The position numbers and the translations under genes are program-made. A stretch of 64,000 nucleotides of DNA from Gekko japonicus (Eukaryota): the NCBI RefSeq assembly GCF_001447785.1, contig NW_015161427.1, positions 372,124 through 436,123 of the forward strand, given 5' to 3'. Below, in pieces: positions 10,872-23,499 of the stretch; within the stretch, counting starts at the first letter, position 1, and every line of letters begins with the position of its first letter. Below the pieces are notes generated by a model, which was not told where the DNA came from, did no database searches, and saw only the letters and a list, made by a program, of their open reading frames with translations.

Positions 10872-11290
10872 CTTTATTTATCTCTTTATTTTATTTGATT
10901 TGTATCCCGCCCTCCCCACAAGCGGACTCAGGGCGAGTTCCATCATAAAATCCACAATACGACAAACCGACAGTTGAAATATATCTAAAAATCTATGTAA
11001 AACGGCCATCAACATAAAAAGGTCGGTGCCTCAACAGACCTCGGCCAGAAGCAGTTGGTTCCCAGGTGGTGTCACTGGAGGGGGGGCCAGTCAGAAGGGG
11101 GCTGCCCACTGCCTCAACTAAAGGTTTGGCGGAAGAGCTCCGTCTTGCAGGCCCTACAGAACTGTAATAGGTCCCGCAGGGCTCTGATTTCTAATGGGAG
11201 CTCATTCCACCAAGGAGGGGCCAGGGCCGAAATAGCCCTGTCCCTCGCTGACGCAAGTCAGACGTCCCCGGGGGGCCGGGGACCACCAGG
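10872..11290 (-). mobile_element. L2 LINE 3' fragment
   Basis: (ttta)n-atcccgccctcccc...ctcagggcg tail stem-loop and ORF2 3'-end-like sequence; similar tails at about 24320, 34590, 54230 and 58060. Confidence 0.7.
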
Positions 11291-11292
11291 GG

Positions 11293-11498
11293 CACTGTTC
11301 CCTCTAAGCTGAGTTAGCGTGAGCCGGCTCACAGTTTTTTAGCCTCCGGCTCACACATTTTTGTCTCGGCTCAGGAAGGAGGGCTCCAGAGCAAACGGAT
11401 TTATGCAGCAGCCAAATCGCTTGCTCACAACTTTAATCCTAGTAGCTCACAAAGTAGGATCTTTGCTCACAGGACTCCACAGCTTAGAGGGAGCCTTG
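11293..11498. mobile_element. hAT-type MITE copy (206 bp)
   Basis: Both TIRs present; TSD accagggg / accaggag. Confidence 0.9.
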
Positions 11499-11967
11499 AC
11501 CAGGAGAGGTGTTGGTTAATACACCATACGTTCCTGCGGGCCTTAAGTACAGCGAGGCAGTCCCGAAGCACTATAGGATGGTTTCTGGGATACGGCAACC
11601 TGACCTATACGCAGCCTTCCAAACGAGGCCGCACTGCAGATCTGTACAAGAACGCTGCAGTCCTGGCTGTCCCCCCTAGCCCCGAACCCACCCCCCTTTT
11701 CACTGCTGGGGTGCATGGAAACATCCTCATGGAGTTGGCTGCTACAAGCCCCAGTCCAGAACGCCTAACGTAACGCACACTGAACCTCATCCTTGCCGCA
11801 TCGCCGCCTGCTCCCCCATTCTGGAAGAGGACCTCTTCACGCGTTGCTCTTGGTTCCTGAACGATCTGTCTGCGATCTGACCACGCTCAGCCAGCGGAAC
11901 GTGGCTTTAGGGAGAAAGCGTTCCCCGGCCCAACTCCCAAGAGTGCTGGCTCCCCCGCGACCCTCAC

Positions 11968-12125
11968 CTTGCACACTCGCGCGATGCGTGACACGACGGC
12001 GTCCTCAAAGAAGTCAAACTCCTTGCCGCTCTCGCTGAAGAAGAAGTAGACCTTGTCGTCATCTCCCTGGGGATCGCTGGGCGGGAGGCTCTCGCGGAGG
12101 ACGGCGGAGCCCACGAAGGAAGGGT
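11968..12125 (-). CDS. SEMA4B: SEMA4B coding exon 7
   Basis: DPSFVGSA...GDDDKVYFFFSE...SRIARVCK; canonical splice sites. Confidence 0.96.
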
Positions 12126-12407
12126 CTGCAGCACAGGCGCACCGAAGACCGGCCAGTGAGGAGCGGCCCTCTCTGAGCGCCAACACCCCCAACCCGATAA
12201 GGTCCCCCATCCTGGGCGCAAAACTCTGGAGTCGCGCATTGCAACGGGAACCGAGAGAGTTGCCGGGGGAAGCACTGCAGGACGGTGGTCGCCGGCCCGG
12301 ATCGGACCAGCCCAAGCTCTGCCCCCTGAAAAAAACGAGGCCCCCCCCTTCCCGCCCCAGCGTGCTCGGCTGCCGTCTCCCCCTCGCTGCCCGTCCCCCA
12401 CGCCCAC

Positions 12408-12530
12408 CTTGCAGCCAGCTGAGGGAGTTCTCCGTCTTGACGGGGGCCACGCGGCCGCTGCTGTGGCTGCGGGAGATGGTCGGCTCGTTGCCCTGGAAGT
12501 TGCTCACTGTCCCGGTGTACAGCTCCCCGT
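12408..12530 (-). CDS. SEMA4B: SEMA4B coding exon 6
   Basis: DGELYTGTVSNFQGNEPTISRS...KTENSLSWLQ; canonical splice sites. Confidence 0.95.
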
Positions 12531-12782
12531 CTGCAGAACAGACACCCCCCCCGGTCAACGCCGGCGGGACCAGCTCTTGGGCCAGGGAGCAGAAGCCCCT
12601 CTCCCCCGGGGGGCCAGGTCCTCTCAGAGGAGGCTCGGGTGGGGGGGGGGGGGAATGACCCTTGACCTCAGCCCACCCCCCTGCCCGCCTCCTCCTAGTC
12701 CTGAGATGGCCCGGTCCCCCATTCCCCCGCCCCACGAAGGAGGACCAGCAGCCCCCCACCACCTCCGCCTGGAGCAGCTCAC

Positions 12783-12894
12783 CGACTAGGAGGGCTGTTG
12801 ATTTGTATTCGGGATCAAACGGGCAGCGGCCTTTCCCGTCCTCCAGGACTGGCTTCCCGGAAGCCTCCCGCGTCAGGCTGAAGTCGGGGATGCT
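12783..12894 (-). CDS. SEMA4B: SEMA4B coding exon 5
   Basis: SIPDFSL...EDGKGRCPFDPEYKSTALLV; canonical splice sites. Confidence 0.95.
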
Positions 12895-13584
12895 CTGCAA
12901 GGGAGACGGGGCCGTGGAAGAGCTGCCTGGAGGGAGGGGGGCCGCCGTAGGCCGAGGAACCTCACTCTGGCCTGGAAGCCCCTCTCGCCCACCGCCACAC
13001 CCTGGGTTCCCGGCACTAAGGCACCCTGCACGTGCTCAGAGGACCTCTCCTCTCCTCACACCTCTAGGGACTGAGACCGGGCACCAGAGCGGCTCAGAGG
13101 CCAGGTGCCGGCAGGGGCAAAACCACGGCCTCCGAGGCAGGGGGCAGAGGTGGGACACGGCCAGGGAAAGCCTTTCCCTTCCCTCTCACTTTGACAGGCA
13201 AAACACCTCTCGGTGCTCCTTGGCTGTGGCTGGAGAGAAAGAAAGGCCTCCCGCGCCAGACGCAAATCCAGCCAGCCAGACGGGAGCGGCAGAGAGCACT
13301 TGGGGAGGGGGGGCCTCTTCCCCAGCCGGCAACAGGGCGCTTCCCTTGGAAAGAGGCTCAGTCCGACACAAGGCGCTTCTAGCATCAGAGTAACACCTCC
13401 TCCCCGCGTGCAAGGATGCTCAAGGCAGCCCTGGCAAGCCAGGTGCGCAGGTGATGACGAGCTACACGGCTGCAAACCAGCCCCCCTCCAGCTCTCGTGT
13501 TCCAGGAGAGCAGGCGAAGCCACCGACAACAGCAGAGAGCACCCACACACCCCCACACCCCCCATCCCACCGCCCTGTCCTTAC

Positions 13585-13683
13585 AACGTAGGTGCAGGCA
13601 GGGCTGAAGGCGCTGGTCCCACAGGTGTAGAGGTGGGTGTCGTTCAGCTGCAGCAGGATCTTGATGTAGTTGTGGCAGTCTCT
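13585..13683 (-). CDS. SEMA4B: SEMA4B coding exon 4
   Basis: RDCHNYIKILLQLNDTHLYTCGTSAFSPACTYV; 99 nt, canonical sites. Confidence 0.96.
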
Positions 13684-13859
13684 CTGTGGGGGGCGGCAGG
13701 GCACTGGCATCCAGCCTGGGGGCTACCCAGACACCACCCCCACCCGCCCTCCAGCCCAGCCCCTCACCCTGAGTCACTGCCCAGTCCGAGGGAGGCCTTT
13801 CAGCCCCGGAGGGACAGCCCGGACCCCGCCCCAGCTGGGCAGGCGGGACGGGCACTCAC

Positions 13860-13922
13860 CTGGGGGTCCTTGCCCTTGAAGACGCACTGCTGCTTCTTCT
13901 CCTCCTCAGCAGCCCACGGCAG
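13860..13922 (-). CDS. SEMA4B: SEMA4B coding exon 3
   Basis: LPWAAEEEKKQQCVFKGKDPQ; 63 nt, canonical sites. Confidence 0.94.
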
Positions 13923-14738
13923 CTGCAGACAGACAGACAGAGAGGGAGCAACGCTGACCGCGGCCCCGGGGGGGGGGGGGGACAGTCTCTGCGCGTGCCC
14001 CCATCACCCTGCGGAGAGTTCCCTCGCCTGGCATTGGAGCCGCTTCCTCCCTGCTCAACACTGCAGGCAAACGCCCAGCAGGGCCCCAACCCCAACGCGC
14101 ACAGACTGGCCCCAGAGTGGTCGTGGCCTTCACCTGTAGCGGCCCCTCTGGGAGTATCGCCCCACCCACAGCGGAGTGAAGCTGGGCCAGAGAGCCAAGC
14201 CTCACCCTGCCCAGAGGTTGGCCTGAGTTCTATGCCGAGAACATCAGACTGTTATCGCTGTGGCCCACAATCGGTATTCATCAACAACATTAACAACAGC
14301 AAAAGCAAGAGTAATAACGGGAAAGAGGTGGGGGAAAGGAGGCGCCGTCCTGGGTCAGTCCCTCTCTCCCCCCCTCGCTTCTGAGAGTGCGGCTGATGAT
14401 GCTCTCGCGTTCTCTGGCTGCGGGGCTCAAAACCCGTCTGAAGCAGGGAGGCGGCAGAGGCCAGGCGCCGCCCCGGCGATTCCCGGAGGGGGGAGAGGGC
14501 AGACAGCCCCCGCCAGCCTTGCTCCTGCTGCCCAGACAGGTCCCGGGAGAGCTGCCCAGAGCCCACGCGTGGGACAGGGCAGGGCATACATTAAAGACAT
14601 AATAACAGTCAGAACCATGGCACGGGCAGTCGGCTAAGAGCCGGCCAGCTGGGCCTGGCCTGGGGACGGCCTTCCCCAGCAGAGTCAGACTGGCGTGGGG
14701 GTGGGGTAGAGGCAGAGAGAGGGTCGCCTGGCACTCAC

Positions 14739-14899
14739 GCTCCGATGCTGCGGCCCAGGGGAGAAGGCGCTGGTGTTGAGGGCGAGGAGGGTCTCACGGG
14801 CCCCCGCATACAAGGTGCTCCCGTCCGGACTCAGCAGCATGGCTGTGTAGTTGGCGATGCCCGGCATCTCGAAGCGGTTCACCAGCCGGCCTCGGGAGT
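14739..14899 (-). CDS. SEMA4B: SEMA4B coding exon 2
   Basis: RFEMPGIANYTAMLLSPDGSTLYAGARETLLALN; ttcccag| and |gtgagt. Confidence 0.95.
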
Positions 14900-15628
14900 C
14901 TGGGAAGAGGCACCACAAAGGCCAGTTGGAGCACCGGTCGCCCAGACGGCCCCCGGGCCTTCCTCCACCCCACCCCCCACAATGGCGCAGGGGGACCGTG
15001 CAGCACTCTGACCGGCCGCCATCCTGCTTTTCTTTCCTGCATCTGCTCTGCTCAGCACTGGGGGCCCCCACACAGAATGCCAGGGCCACTCCGCCCCCCA
15101 ACGCCTGGTTCCCTGGAAGTGGCCAGAAGCCCTGTGTGTGTGTGTGTGGGGGGGGGGAGTGCTGCTGCTTCCCCAGGCCCTGCCCCCCATTCATGCCCTG
15201 GCTGTGGGGAGGGGGTGCTGGCCGGCTCTGGAGGGAGGGGGACTGGGGGGGAGCAGAGCCCCTGCAGCTTCCAGAGAGGCAGCCTCCCTCCACTGGCTGG
15301 GCCCCCCCTCCCCCCCGGCCTACAGCCAGTGGCCCCGAGTGGATCCCGTAGGGCCTTTCGCGGACATCTGGTGTCTGCTTTGGTCTCTTGTGCAAGCAGG
15401 TTGTGTCCTCCTTGGGTTGGGAAAGCAAACACCAAACGCCCGAAAAGAGAAGGAAACTCTGGTTGGGAAACAACACGTCCGCTCAGGGAGGTTCTGGCCT
15501 CTCTCTTTCTCCCCACCCCACCTTTCAGCCTTACACTGAGACTGGGGGGGGGGCACACAAGACACCCCTGTGGGTTTCTGCCCCAAGGTCTTGAGATGGG
15601 CAGCGAGTCCCCCTGTCCCAGTCCCACC

Positions 15629-15824
15629 CAGCGTTCCCTCTAAGCTGAGTGAGTGTGAGCCAGCTCACAGTTTTTTAGCCTCCAGCTCACAGATTTTTAT
15701 TTTAGCTCAGGAAGGAGGGCTCCAGAGTGAACTAATGTATGCAGTAGCCAAATCGCTGGCTCATAACTTTAATACCAGTACCTCACAAAGGAGAATTTTT
15801 GCACACAGCTTAGAGGGAACATTG
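15629..15824. mobile_element. hAT-type MITE copy
   Basis: Both TIRs and family internal sequence. Confidence 0.9.
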
Positions 15825-16905
15825 GTCTCCCCTCCCCAATATTTATTTATTTACTTCATTTATTACCCCCCCCATCTTTCTCCTTGGTGGGAATCCCAAG
15901 TGGCTCCATTTTATCCTCACAACAACCCCGGGAGGCGGGTGAGGCTGAGGGAGAGAGAGGGTGACAGGCCCAAGGTCCCCCAGTGGGCTTCCAGGGCAGC
16001 GTGGGGATTGGGTCTCCCAGGCCCTAGACGGACACTCTGGTTGCCACAGCATCCTGGCTCTGCCCGCTCACTCAACTCGGGCCTCTTCCGGCGGACAGCC
16101 AGCCTGTCTCATGGGCCTCGGCTGGGATGTCCCAGCGGGCCCTGCAGGGAGGCAGAGGAGGAGGCGGCACAGAAAGGAGGCCTGGGCGAGGGGTCTCTGG
16201 GTCTGGCCCGCCTTGGTGCGGCACCCGGCACCCACTGGGAGTCTCCCTGAGGAGCCGCCTAGCACCTGCCCCGCCCCCGCGGCCTGGGGTGACCTTCCCT
16301 GCTACACGCCGAGCCGGTTCCCTCTGCTCCAGGCAAGTCTGTGCCTGATCCGGCCAGGAACCTGCTGGGGCCTGCCGCTCCGGTTCACAGCAGGCGGCCG
16401 GAGGGAAAGCTCTTCCTGCAGGGCAAGGCAGAGGGCACACCAGCGACTCCCCCCCCCCCAATGAGCAGAAGGGCCACCGGGAGCCAGACTTGCCCCCAAA
16501 AGGAACTGGGAGGGGGGGAGCCCTGCCCTCTCAGCCCCACCCCACGCAAAGCCCCCAAGACCCTGCTGCCCCTCGCCCCAGGAAGGAGCGGATCGCTTGG
16601 CAGCAGAGGTTGCCCCTCTGCACACACCCAGGCCCCTTCTGCCCCTCCCCCTGCACCCCACGGCAGGCTGTGACGGGTCTGGAGGGCACCTCTGTCCCAG
16701 GAGGAAAAAGCCTCCAGTGGGGCACAAACGAAGCCAGAACCAGAGCGGAGGAGGGCCACGGCTCCTGGAGGGCCTGCCGCTGTGTCTGCCCAGCCAGGGA
16801 GAGCCCTTTCCAACCCAGCGCCCGGGAGGCAACTGGCTTCCCGGGTGCAAGGCTCTTCCCGGCAGGGAGGCCGGAGCCGGTTGTAAGCGGGGCTCGAGGG
16901 AAAAG

Positions 16906-17953
16906 TGTTGGGTATTACAAGTTGAAAACACTCAGTATATCTGGGGTTAAATGTTTGTTTATGTTACTCACAGGAAGTCACATGTTTGTTTGTAACCAAT
17001 CTGTTTTAGACAATAGGATGCCCGGGAACTTTGGAGCTAGTCTGCTAGTCTGATTGGAAACCGAGGTGTCGCGTATTTAGCATATTGGCTTCACTTTCCT
17101 CTCTTTGTTCTGACTGAGAAGGAGACGCCATTCGGCTCTTCCCGCTTTACCTTTTAGCTGCAAGGATGTAGGCATATAAGCTCTTTGTTATTTTCTATCC
17201 TGTGTACCCTTTTCCCCATGTTAGGTTTATAGTAAACTTTTATATTTTAAAACACACCAGGGACTGTCTCTTAATACTCTGCTGACTTACTCCGAGATGC
17301 GTGGAAGCGCTTTAAGGCCCCATTCACCGAGGCCTGGGGAGAAAGCCTCTCTCGGGCCAGGAAAGCCCCCAGAGGCAAGCAGTGGGAGACTGGCCCCGAC
17401 CGGGCGGGCGGAGGGGAGCAGCACAGGGCGCCTTTGAGGAGGTTCTCCTGCAGGTGGATTGGGGGGGGGTCTTGTTGGGTGGGCGGAGGGGAGCAGCACA
17501 GGGCGTCTTTGAGGAGGTTCTCCTGCAGGTGGATTGGGGGGGGGTCTTGTTGGGTGTTACAAGTTGAAAACACTCAGCATATCTGGGGTTAAATGTCTGT
17601 TTCTGTTACTCACAGGAAGTCACATGTTTGTTTGTAACCAATCTGTTTAGACAACAGGATGCCCGGGAACTTTGGAGCTAGTCTGCTAGTCTTATTGGAA
17701 ACCGAGGTGTCGCGTATTTAGCCTATTGGCTTCGCTTTCCTCTCTTTGTTCTGACTAGAGAAGGAGACGCCATTCCGTCTCTTCCCGCTTTACCCTTTAG
17801 CTGCAAGGATGCAGACACATTAGCTCTTTGTTATTTTCTATCCTGTGTACCCTTTTTCCCATGTTAGGTTTATGGTAAACTCTTATATTTTAAAACACAC
17901 CAGGGACTCAGTCTCTTAATACTTTGCTGACTAACTTAAAAAGAATCCCAACA
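16906..17953. mobile_element. LTR-type element: two ~385-400 bp direct repeats around a ~260-bp non-coding spacer
   Basis: Starts TGTTGGG, ends CCCAACA; 5-bp TSD aaaag at 16901-16905 and 17954-17958; repeats at 16906-17287 and 17548-17953. Confidence 0.8.
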
Positions 17954-20404
17954 AAAAGGGACAGCTGAGACCGGGGGTCCATCGTCAAGCGCCCGGGGGC
18001 GCATGTGGGCAGACGCCCTCGCCTTCTGGATGGCCACTGGTCCTGAGCACGAGGAAGGGCCGGCTAGTGGGAGCCCAGCACCAGCCAGCGGGACAGAATG
18101 AGAATGCTGCGCTGGGCGATGTGGGGCGGCATTCTCCCCTGCTCCCTTGCACAGAGGCAGCCGGTGGCATGGAGGCAAGTAGAGCGGTGCCAGGACTGCC
18201 AGCTGCGGGGCCCTCCTCTCCCTCCCAGTTCCCCGGGGTCCTTGGCACAGAGAGGCCCTTCCTCCCGCCTCCTCCGTGAATGAATCCGACTCACTTGGCA
18301 TCCGGCCACAGACGGTGGGCGGTCTGCCAGCTCTGGTTCCAGACACAGCAGCTCTCTGGGCTAAGAGGTCGGCCCGGATGCCCCCAACCCCCAGTTCCTC
18401 TGCCCTAAATTGGCATCAGCTGCCCTTGAGGCCGCCCGCCCGCTTCTCTTTGGCGTGCGGAGAGAGACCAGAGGCTTCCCCGGCACCCACTGGATGGATC
18501 CGTCCCTCCAGGGCAGGCGGCCGTCCAGCACACCCGCAGTCCGGGCAGTTTGGGCCAGCCTTNNNNNNNNNNNNNNNNNNNNNNNNNNNNNNNNNNNNNN
18601 CGGGCGAGGGACAGCCTTGGCACAGGCCCCCCAAATCAGCAGCGACAGACCAAGCTGGGGAGAGACTCCTTTGCCCCCCAGAGGAGGCGGGCCCTCCTTG
18701 CTCGGTGGGCCCAGCGGACCCCTTGGTTCACCCACGGGGCACAGCAGCGGTGAGAGTGTCCAACCGGGGATGGGGGCTGCCCGGCTTGTATTCCTACCCT
18801 GCCAGGGGAGCTTGCTCGGGGGGGGCCTGGGCCCGGTCACGCACTCTGAGCCCAACCAACCTCGCAGGGGCGTCTCTGCAAACATAGAGTGGAGGAGAGG
18901 AGACGGCGTTGCAACAAGGCACTTGCGAGTTCCCCTCGGAGAGGAGAGTGGGACACGCAGATCCCAGCCCATCGTCTGGAGGAGCCCTGCCTTCTCTCCC
19001 CGGGCCCTGCGAAGGAAGTTCCCGGGAGGGGGCGGGCGGGCAAACCCACGCGGCCCCTGGCCAGAAACGCACAGGCCAAGAGCACGGCTCACTGGTCCTG
19101 CTGAGGGCAGCACTCTTCTTGGCACACAGATGGGCACGGGGGAGCCGGCACAGGGCCGGGCTGGCATGAAACCGGGGTGGGGGGCACAGCCGGACTAGGG
19201 GACCGAAGCCCCAGAGGCCTGGGTGGGTGGGTGGGTGGGGGCCCCCCTTCTCTCTTCCCAGGGCACATCAGTGACAGGCCAGGATCCGGCTGCTCAAGAA
19301 CCGCCCTGCTCGGGATCTGCGGAGCACACGTCCGCACGGGCGCAAGCATGGCCAGAGAAGAGTCCTCAGGGCACGGAGCAGGAGAGCGGCGCGTCTGCTG
19401 CTCCTTCCCCAGCGAGAGCTCCTGGAAAGAGTCCCCAGGCGAGGGCTGCGGAGCTGTATCCGCACCACACCAGGGCCGGCCCTCCTGCCGACAGCCGCCG
19501 CCTCAGCAGTTCTCCAGGGCGGCCACCCAGCGACTCAGCTGCCCGAGCCGCACCAGCTGGGAGCCCCCCCCTCCCCGGGGCCTCTGCCGCCTCAGCAGGT
19601 GTGCGAGTGTCATCCCAGACCAGCTCCGGCCTGCCTCTTTCCTCCCGGCTGCAGAGAGAGGGAGAGGCGGGGTGTGTGTGTCCCACACTGCAGTCTCCGC
19701 CGGGAGCCTAGCCAAGCCCCTCCGGGCAGCTCCTTGGGCACAAAGGCACAGCCGCCCCAAACTGGCCTCCTGGCCACGGCTGAGTTCCCAGAAGCAGAGC
19801 GGGGCGGGCCCGGGAGGGAGGGAGGGAGGGAGCAGCGTCGGAGCTGAGCAGGGCCACACCCGCCTGCAGGGGCTGGGTGCCCCACGGCTGCTTCACACTG
19901 CAGGTGGCGGCCTGCGTCACAGGGGCGCGTCGGTGACTACCTGCCTCATCACCGGGCTGGGCCCTTTTCCTCCCCGAACACACCCACCCTGCAAGGAGAG
20001 GCCAGACCAGCTGCAGCAGGCCGGCCCACCGCTCTCTCCTCCCGTGCCACAGAAGAAACTCCCAGGATGCTGTCGGGCCTGCTGACAGAGCACCGTGGTC
20101 CGGCTACTGCCAAGCAACTGTGACGGGATCTCGGGCCACCAAGGGCACTCTGGACCCCTGTCTGTCCCAGTGACCGCAGCCACCACGCAAGGATGGCATC
20201 AACGAACCCCCCCGCCCCCGGAGGTCTGTTATGAATCCGTCACCAACTCAGGGCACCTCTCCTTGGACTCCGGAGCTGGTGGTCATCCCTCTGCCACTTT
20301 AAAAACGTGCACTAGAAATGAACGACGTGGTCAGCGGCCCTTCCCGAACAAGCCGAGAGTGGCCGCAGAGCCCTTCTGGGTCCTCCTGGCCGACTCATCG
20401 GCCC

Positions 20405-20526
20405 TGGCTACTGCATAAATTAGTTTGCTCGGGAGCCCTCCTTCCCGAGGGAAGACAAAAATGGGTGAGCCGGAGGCTAAAAAACAGTGAGCTAGCTCAC
20501 ACTGACTCAGCTGAGAGGGGACACTG
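20405..20526. mobile_element. hAT-type MITE partial copy
   Basis: Half element with one TIR. Confidence 0.8.
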
Positions 20527-20870
20527 CAAATGGCGAAGGACGGACAAGCAGAAGCGGAATCCTGAGCAGGCGGGCATGAGGCTGGAAGGCAAAGCCCGGG
20601 TCCTGAAGGATGCTGCTGAGCTCCCTGCACCTGACATGGTCCAGGCAACTTGGTCCGGAGCCTTGGGGCTGTGCTGGAGAAGACAGTTCATGGCGGCTGC
20701 ACGAGAGGCTTTCTTCCGGTTTCCTGCCACCGGCAAGATGGCTCCTGACCTTGACTTGACTCAGTCTGTCTGGCCATGTGTCTCCTTGGCACTGTAGCCC
20801 TGAGGCTGTGCCACTGCCCCACACTCCACGGGGGTCTGCCCTTCAGGTCCTCTCCGGGACTCCAGCCGTC

Positions 20871-23296
20871 ACGGAAAGTGACTGCACCGCTTGGGAACAG
20901 TGATCCTAATGTTGTTGAGTTCAACATTTGTATAAACAGGGAATTGGCCAAAAAGACTGACACAACCACTTTTAACTTTAAAAGGGGTAACTTCTCTGAT
21001 ATGAGGGGACATGTGGGGAGGAAACTGAAAGGAAAAGTAGAAAGGGCCAAAACCACTGGGGAAGCTTGGAAACTATTTAAAACTACGATCCTAGAAGCTC
21101 AAAAAAAATATATTCCGCAGGTTAGGAAAGGCACAAGCAGGTATAGGAAAAAGCTTGCATGGTTAACAAACAAAGTAATGGAAGCTGTAAAAGGTAAAAA
21201 GGATTCCTTTAAGCAGTGGAAAGCTAGTCACCGTGAGGCTGATAAAACGGAACATAGGCTATGGCAAATAAAATGCAAGTCTGTGGTCAGGCAGGCAAAA
21301 AGGGAATATGAGGAGTATATAGCAAAAAACGTAACAACCAGCAATAAAACTTTCTTCAAATACATTAGAAGCAGGAAACCAGTCAGGGAGGCAGTGGGGC
21401 CCTTGGATGACCAAGGGGTAAAAGGAGTACTGAAGGATAATAGGGAAATGACTGAGAAGCTAAATGCATTTTTTGCCTCTGTCTTCACTGTGGAAGATGA
21501 GAAGTGCTTGCCCACTCCAGAACCGCTGATTTCGGGAGGGGTGTTGAAAGACCTGAGTCAGATTGAGGTGACGAGAGAGGAGGTCCTAAAACTGATAGAC
21601 AACTTAAAAACTGATAAATCACCAGGCCCAGATAGCATAGATCGGAGAGTTCTGAAAGAACTCAAATGTGAACTTGTAGATCTCCTGACAAAGATATGTA
21701 ATCTTTCCTTAAAATCTGCCTCCATTCCTGAGGATTGGAAGGTAGCAAATGTCACTCCCATCTTTAAAAAGGGTTCCAGAGGAGATCCGGGAAATTACAG
21801 GCCAGTCAGTCTGACGTCGATACCGGGTAAATTGGTGGAAACCATTATTAAGGAAAGAATTAGTAGGCACATAGATGAACAAAACCTATTGAGGCAGACT
21901 CAGCACGGTTTCTGTAAGGGAAGATCTTGTCTCACTAACCTGTTAGTGTTCTTTGAGGGGGTGAACAAACATGTGGACAAGGGGGATCCAATAGATATTA
22001 TTTACCTTGACTTCCAGAAAGCTTTTGATAAAGTTCCTCATCAAAGGCTCCTAAGTAAGCTCAAAAATCATGGGATAGAAGGACAAGTCCTTTTATGGAT
22101 CAAAAACTGGCTAGTTCATAGAAAACAGAGAGTGAGTGTAGGTGGGCAATTTTCTCAGTGGAGGGTGGTAAGCAGTGGGGTACCACAGGGATCAGTACTT
22201 GGTCCACTGCTTTTTAACTTGTTCATTAATGATTTGGAGATGGGAGTAAGCAGTGAAGTGGCTAAATTTGCGGATGATACAAAGTTGTTCAGGGTGGTGA
22301 AAACCAGTGAGGATTGTGAGGCACTCCAAGGGGATCTGTCAAGGATGGGCGAGTGGGCGTCAACATGGCAAATGGGGTTCAATGTGGCCAAGTGCAAGGT
22401 GATGCACATTGGAGCCAAAAATCCTAAATATAAATACACATTGATGGGGTCTGAACTGGCAGAGACTGAGCAAGAGAGAGATCTTGGAGTTGTAGTGGAT
22501 AACTCACTGAAAATGTCGAGACAGTGTGTGACTGCAATAAAGAAGGCCAATGCTATGCTGGGGATTATTAGGAAGGGTATTGAAAACAGATCAGCCAATA
22601 TAATAATGCCCCTATATAAATCAATGGTGAGACCTCATTTGGAATACTGTGTGCAGTTCTGGTCACCACACCTTAAAAAGGATATGATAGCTTTGGAAAA
22701 AGTGCAGAAAAGGGCAACTCGAATGATAAAAGAGTTGGAACACTTTCTCTATGAGGAAAGGTTAAAGCGCTTAGGGCTCTTTAGCTTGGAGAAAAGACGA
22801 CTGAGGGGTGACATGATCGAGGTTTATAAGATTATGCATGGGAAAGAGCAGGTAAAGAAAGAGGTACTTTTCTCCCTTTCTCACAATACAAGAACTCGTG
22901 GGCACTCCATGAAACTGCAGAGCGGTCGGGTTAGAACGGATAAAAGGAAGTACTTCTTCACCCAAAGAGTGATTAACACTTGGAATTCACTGCCACAGGA
23001 AGTGGTGGCGGCTACAAGCATGGATGGCTTCAAAAGGGAATTGGATAAGCATATGGAGCAGAGGTCCATCAGTGGCTATTAGCCACAAGGTATAGATAGG
23101 GGCTCCGGGGCAAGTGATGCTCTGTCTTCTTGGTGCTTGGGGGGGGGGTCAACAGTGGGAGGGCTTCTAATGTCCTGGCCCCACTGCTGGACCTCCTGAT
23201 GGCACTGGTATTTCTGGCCACTGTGTGACACAGAGTGTTGGGCTGGATGGGCCTTTGGCCTGATCCAACATTGGCGTCTCTTATGTTCTTATGTTC
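20871..23296 (+). mobile_element. Young 5'-truncated CR1 LINE in SEMA4B intron 1, antisense to the gene
   Basis: Uninterrupted ORF2 (end of endonuclease, RT, C-terminal domain) followed by a CR1 3'UTR ending in (ttatgttc)2; sharply more A-rich than the flanks. Confidence 0.95.
20880..23082 (+). CDS. CR1 ORF2 reverse transcriptase, 5'-truncated with no native start
   Basis: Motifs KSPGPD, NYRPVSLTS, QHGF, YLDFQKAFDKV, GVPQGSVLGPLLF, FADDTKL, VRPHLEYCVQFW. Confidence 0.85.
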
Positions 23297-23499
23297 ACAG
23301 CTGGGTTGCTGGTGGGAGCTAGGCAGAAGAGGAGCACCCCCCCCACACACACACCCTGCAACCACTCCACTGGTTACTGGTCAGTCACCAGGTTCAGTCT
23401 GAGGTAGCGGTCATCACCTACAAAACCCCTCACGGCCTTGGGCCCACGGACCAGCAGGACTGCGGCTCTCCCCCAGCTCTGGCCCGGCAGCTCCTTCAC

